Shown piece by piece: positions 62,822 to 64,000 of a DNA stretch of 64,000 nucleotides (position 1 is the first letter of the stretch; every line of letters starts with the position of its first letter). The DNA is from Nymphaea colorata (taxonomy: Eukaryota): positions 21,762,001 through 21,826,000 of the forward strand of contig NC_045138.2 in the NCBI RefSeq assembly GCF_008831285.2, in the 5' to 3' direction. The position numbers and the translations under genes are program-made. The notes under the pieces are model-generated. The model was not told the origin of the DNA, did not search any database, and saw only the letters and a program-made list of their open reading frames with translations.

Positions 62822-64000
62822 AGAGAAACCTATGAAGCTCTATCTCAAAGATGAAGATGCTGAATCAACAACTTATAAGCTAATCTATAAAATAAATGAG
62901 TTTGTAATATGCAGTGTGTGACCAGAAAGATTCTCAATAAGGATTGTGGTGTATAATGTATATAAAAGTAAAAACTTTTGGTTGCAGTTTATGATTATGA
63001 CTTTTTGAGAGGGTAAAGGTTGCATTTGTTGCTTCATAGATGTACATTGTCTGATGATGGTAATTGCTTGGTCAATTACTAGTCTAATACTGTCCAGCAT
63101 GAGTGAAAGAAGTTCTGCAGTGACTTTTCTGTCAACTCTTCTAGGAATCTGCGTAATTCCAATGAGTTGCCTTTTTTTTTTTTGACCGGAAGCTACCCTT
63201 CCCAGCTGTTCCTGGGAAACACTTGATTTTGGTTTATTTCTGTTATCTCCTTTTGGTAAATCCTACACTTGCTCTTCTATGAGTTGCCTAAAGCCCTCAA
63301 CATTCTAAAACCTTTAAGGGTTTGAGCACACGTGCCATCTAGCTTTTGGGCAATGCTGACCCTTTGTGATGTTGTGAGGGATAAGCAGGTAAGCTAATTC
63401 TATCAGAGTGCAAGAGGTGCATAATCATACCGTCTCAAAATTAAGTTGTAGGATAATTTTTATTGGGGCTTCAAGCTTTTTGTGCTTCATCAACATGATG
63501 ATGAACAACAGAGATTTCTGCATCTGTTCAAAGTAGTTTCCAAGTGCAGATTGCTTATGGACATGGTTTTGGAAGATATTGACTTCTGTTCAATGTCCAT
63601 CCTGATCTAAAGAGTTGATAAGGAATATTTGTTTCTTGTGGCTGATGAATGAGCTTCAAGATTGTAATGAGGTAATCTCATTATCCACGTGGAAGGAATA
63701 CTATAAATATTCTGGACACATGTTTAAAAATGATGGTATCTATTGATTGTGATGATTGATGACTTAGTTTCAAGGTTCTAATGGGGAAACTTCATTATCA
63801 GTGTGGAAAGGATGCTACAAATGTTCTGGAGAAGGCTCTATTACCTGAATAAATGCTGTGGTTCCCAGACTTCGTAGATATGAGTTTGATTGACTTCCAG
63901 TGGAAAGACTTCTTGAATTTTTAACTGTTACGGTACTTGAGGATGTTCCTTGCCTGTTTCAGCTTGGCCTCTCGTGAAAGCTGTTACATTTAACTCTCAG

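Noticed and set aside
63401..63431. Short matches to the 5' ends of tRNA-iMet (atcagagtg) and 5S rRNA (atcatacc)
   Set aside because: Only 8-9 nt with no extension; expected by chance.

Overview
Angiosperm nuclear DNA: AT-rich, with GT-AG introns, many transposons and microsatellites; the species cannot be fixed from the sequence alone. Four intact spliced genes were reconstructed by hand with consistent exon phases: an FPP3-like filament-like plant protein (+, 19006-22929), cellulose synthase-like D4 (+, 36843-40521), a TLC-domain membrane protein (-, 50093-55713) and a stand-alone I9 subtilisin-propeptide-like inhibitor (+, 60423-62821). The window also holds a tRNA-Gln(TTG) gene, an orphan HMA/HIPP-type exon followed by a 3x187-bp tandem repeat, many hAT-type MITEs with 8-bp TSDs, two hAT transposase remnants, and copia and L1 fragments. 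The most unusual structure is 29192-34756: a miniature LTR retrotransposon (TRIM, minus strand, TSD TCTAC) enclosing an inverted, internally deleted Tekay/Del Gypsy element that sits between two copies of the TRIM primer-binding site. The TRIM's short internal domain, and that of a second copy at 15.3-15.5 kb, looks like an antisense copy of about 45-55 nt of mature initiator tRNA-Met rather than a normal 12-18 nt PBS. All alignments and difference counts were done by eye, and the tRNA-iMet reference was recalled from memory, so both need computational confirmation.
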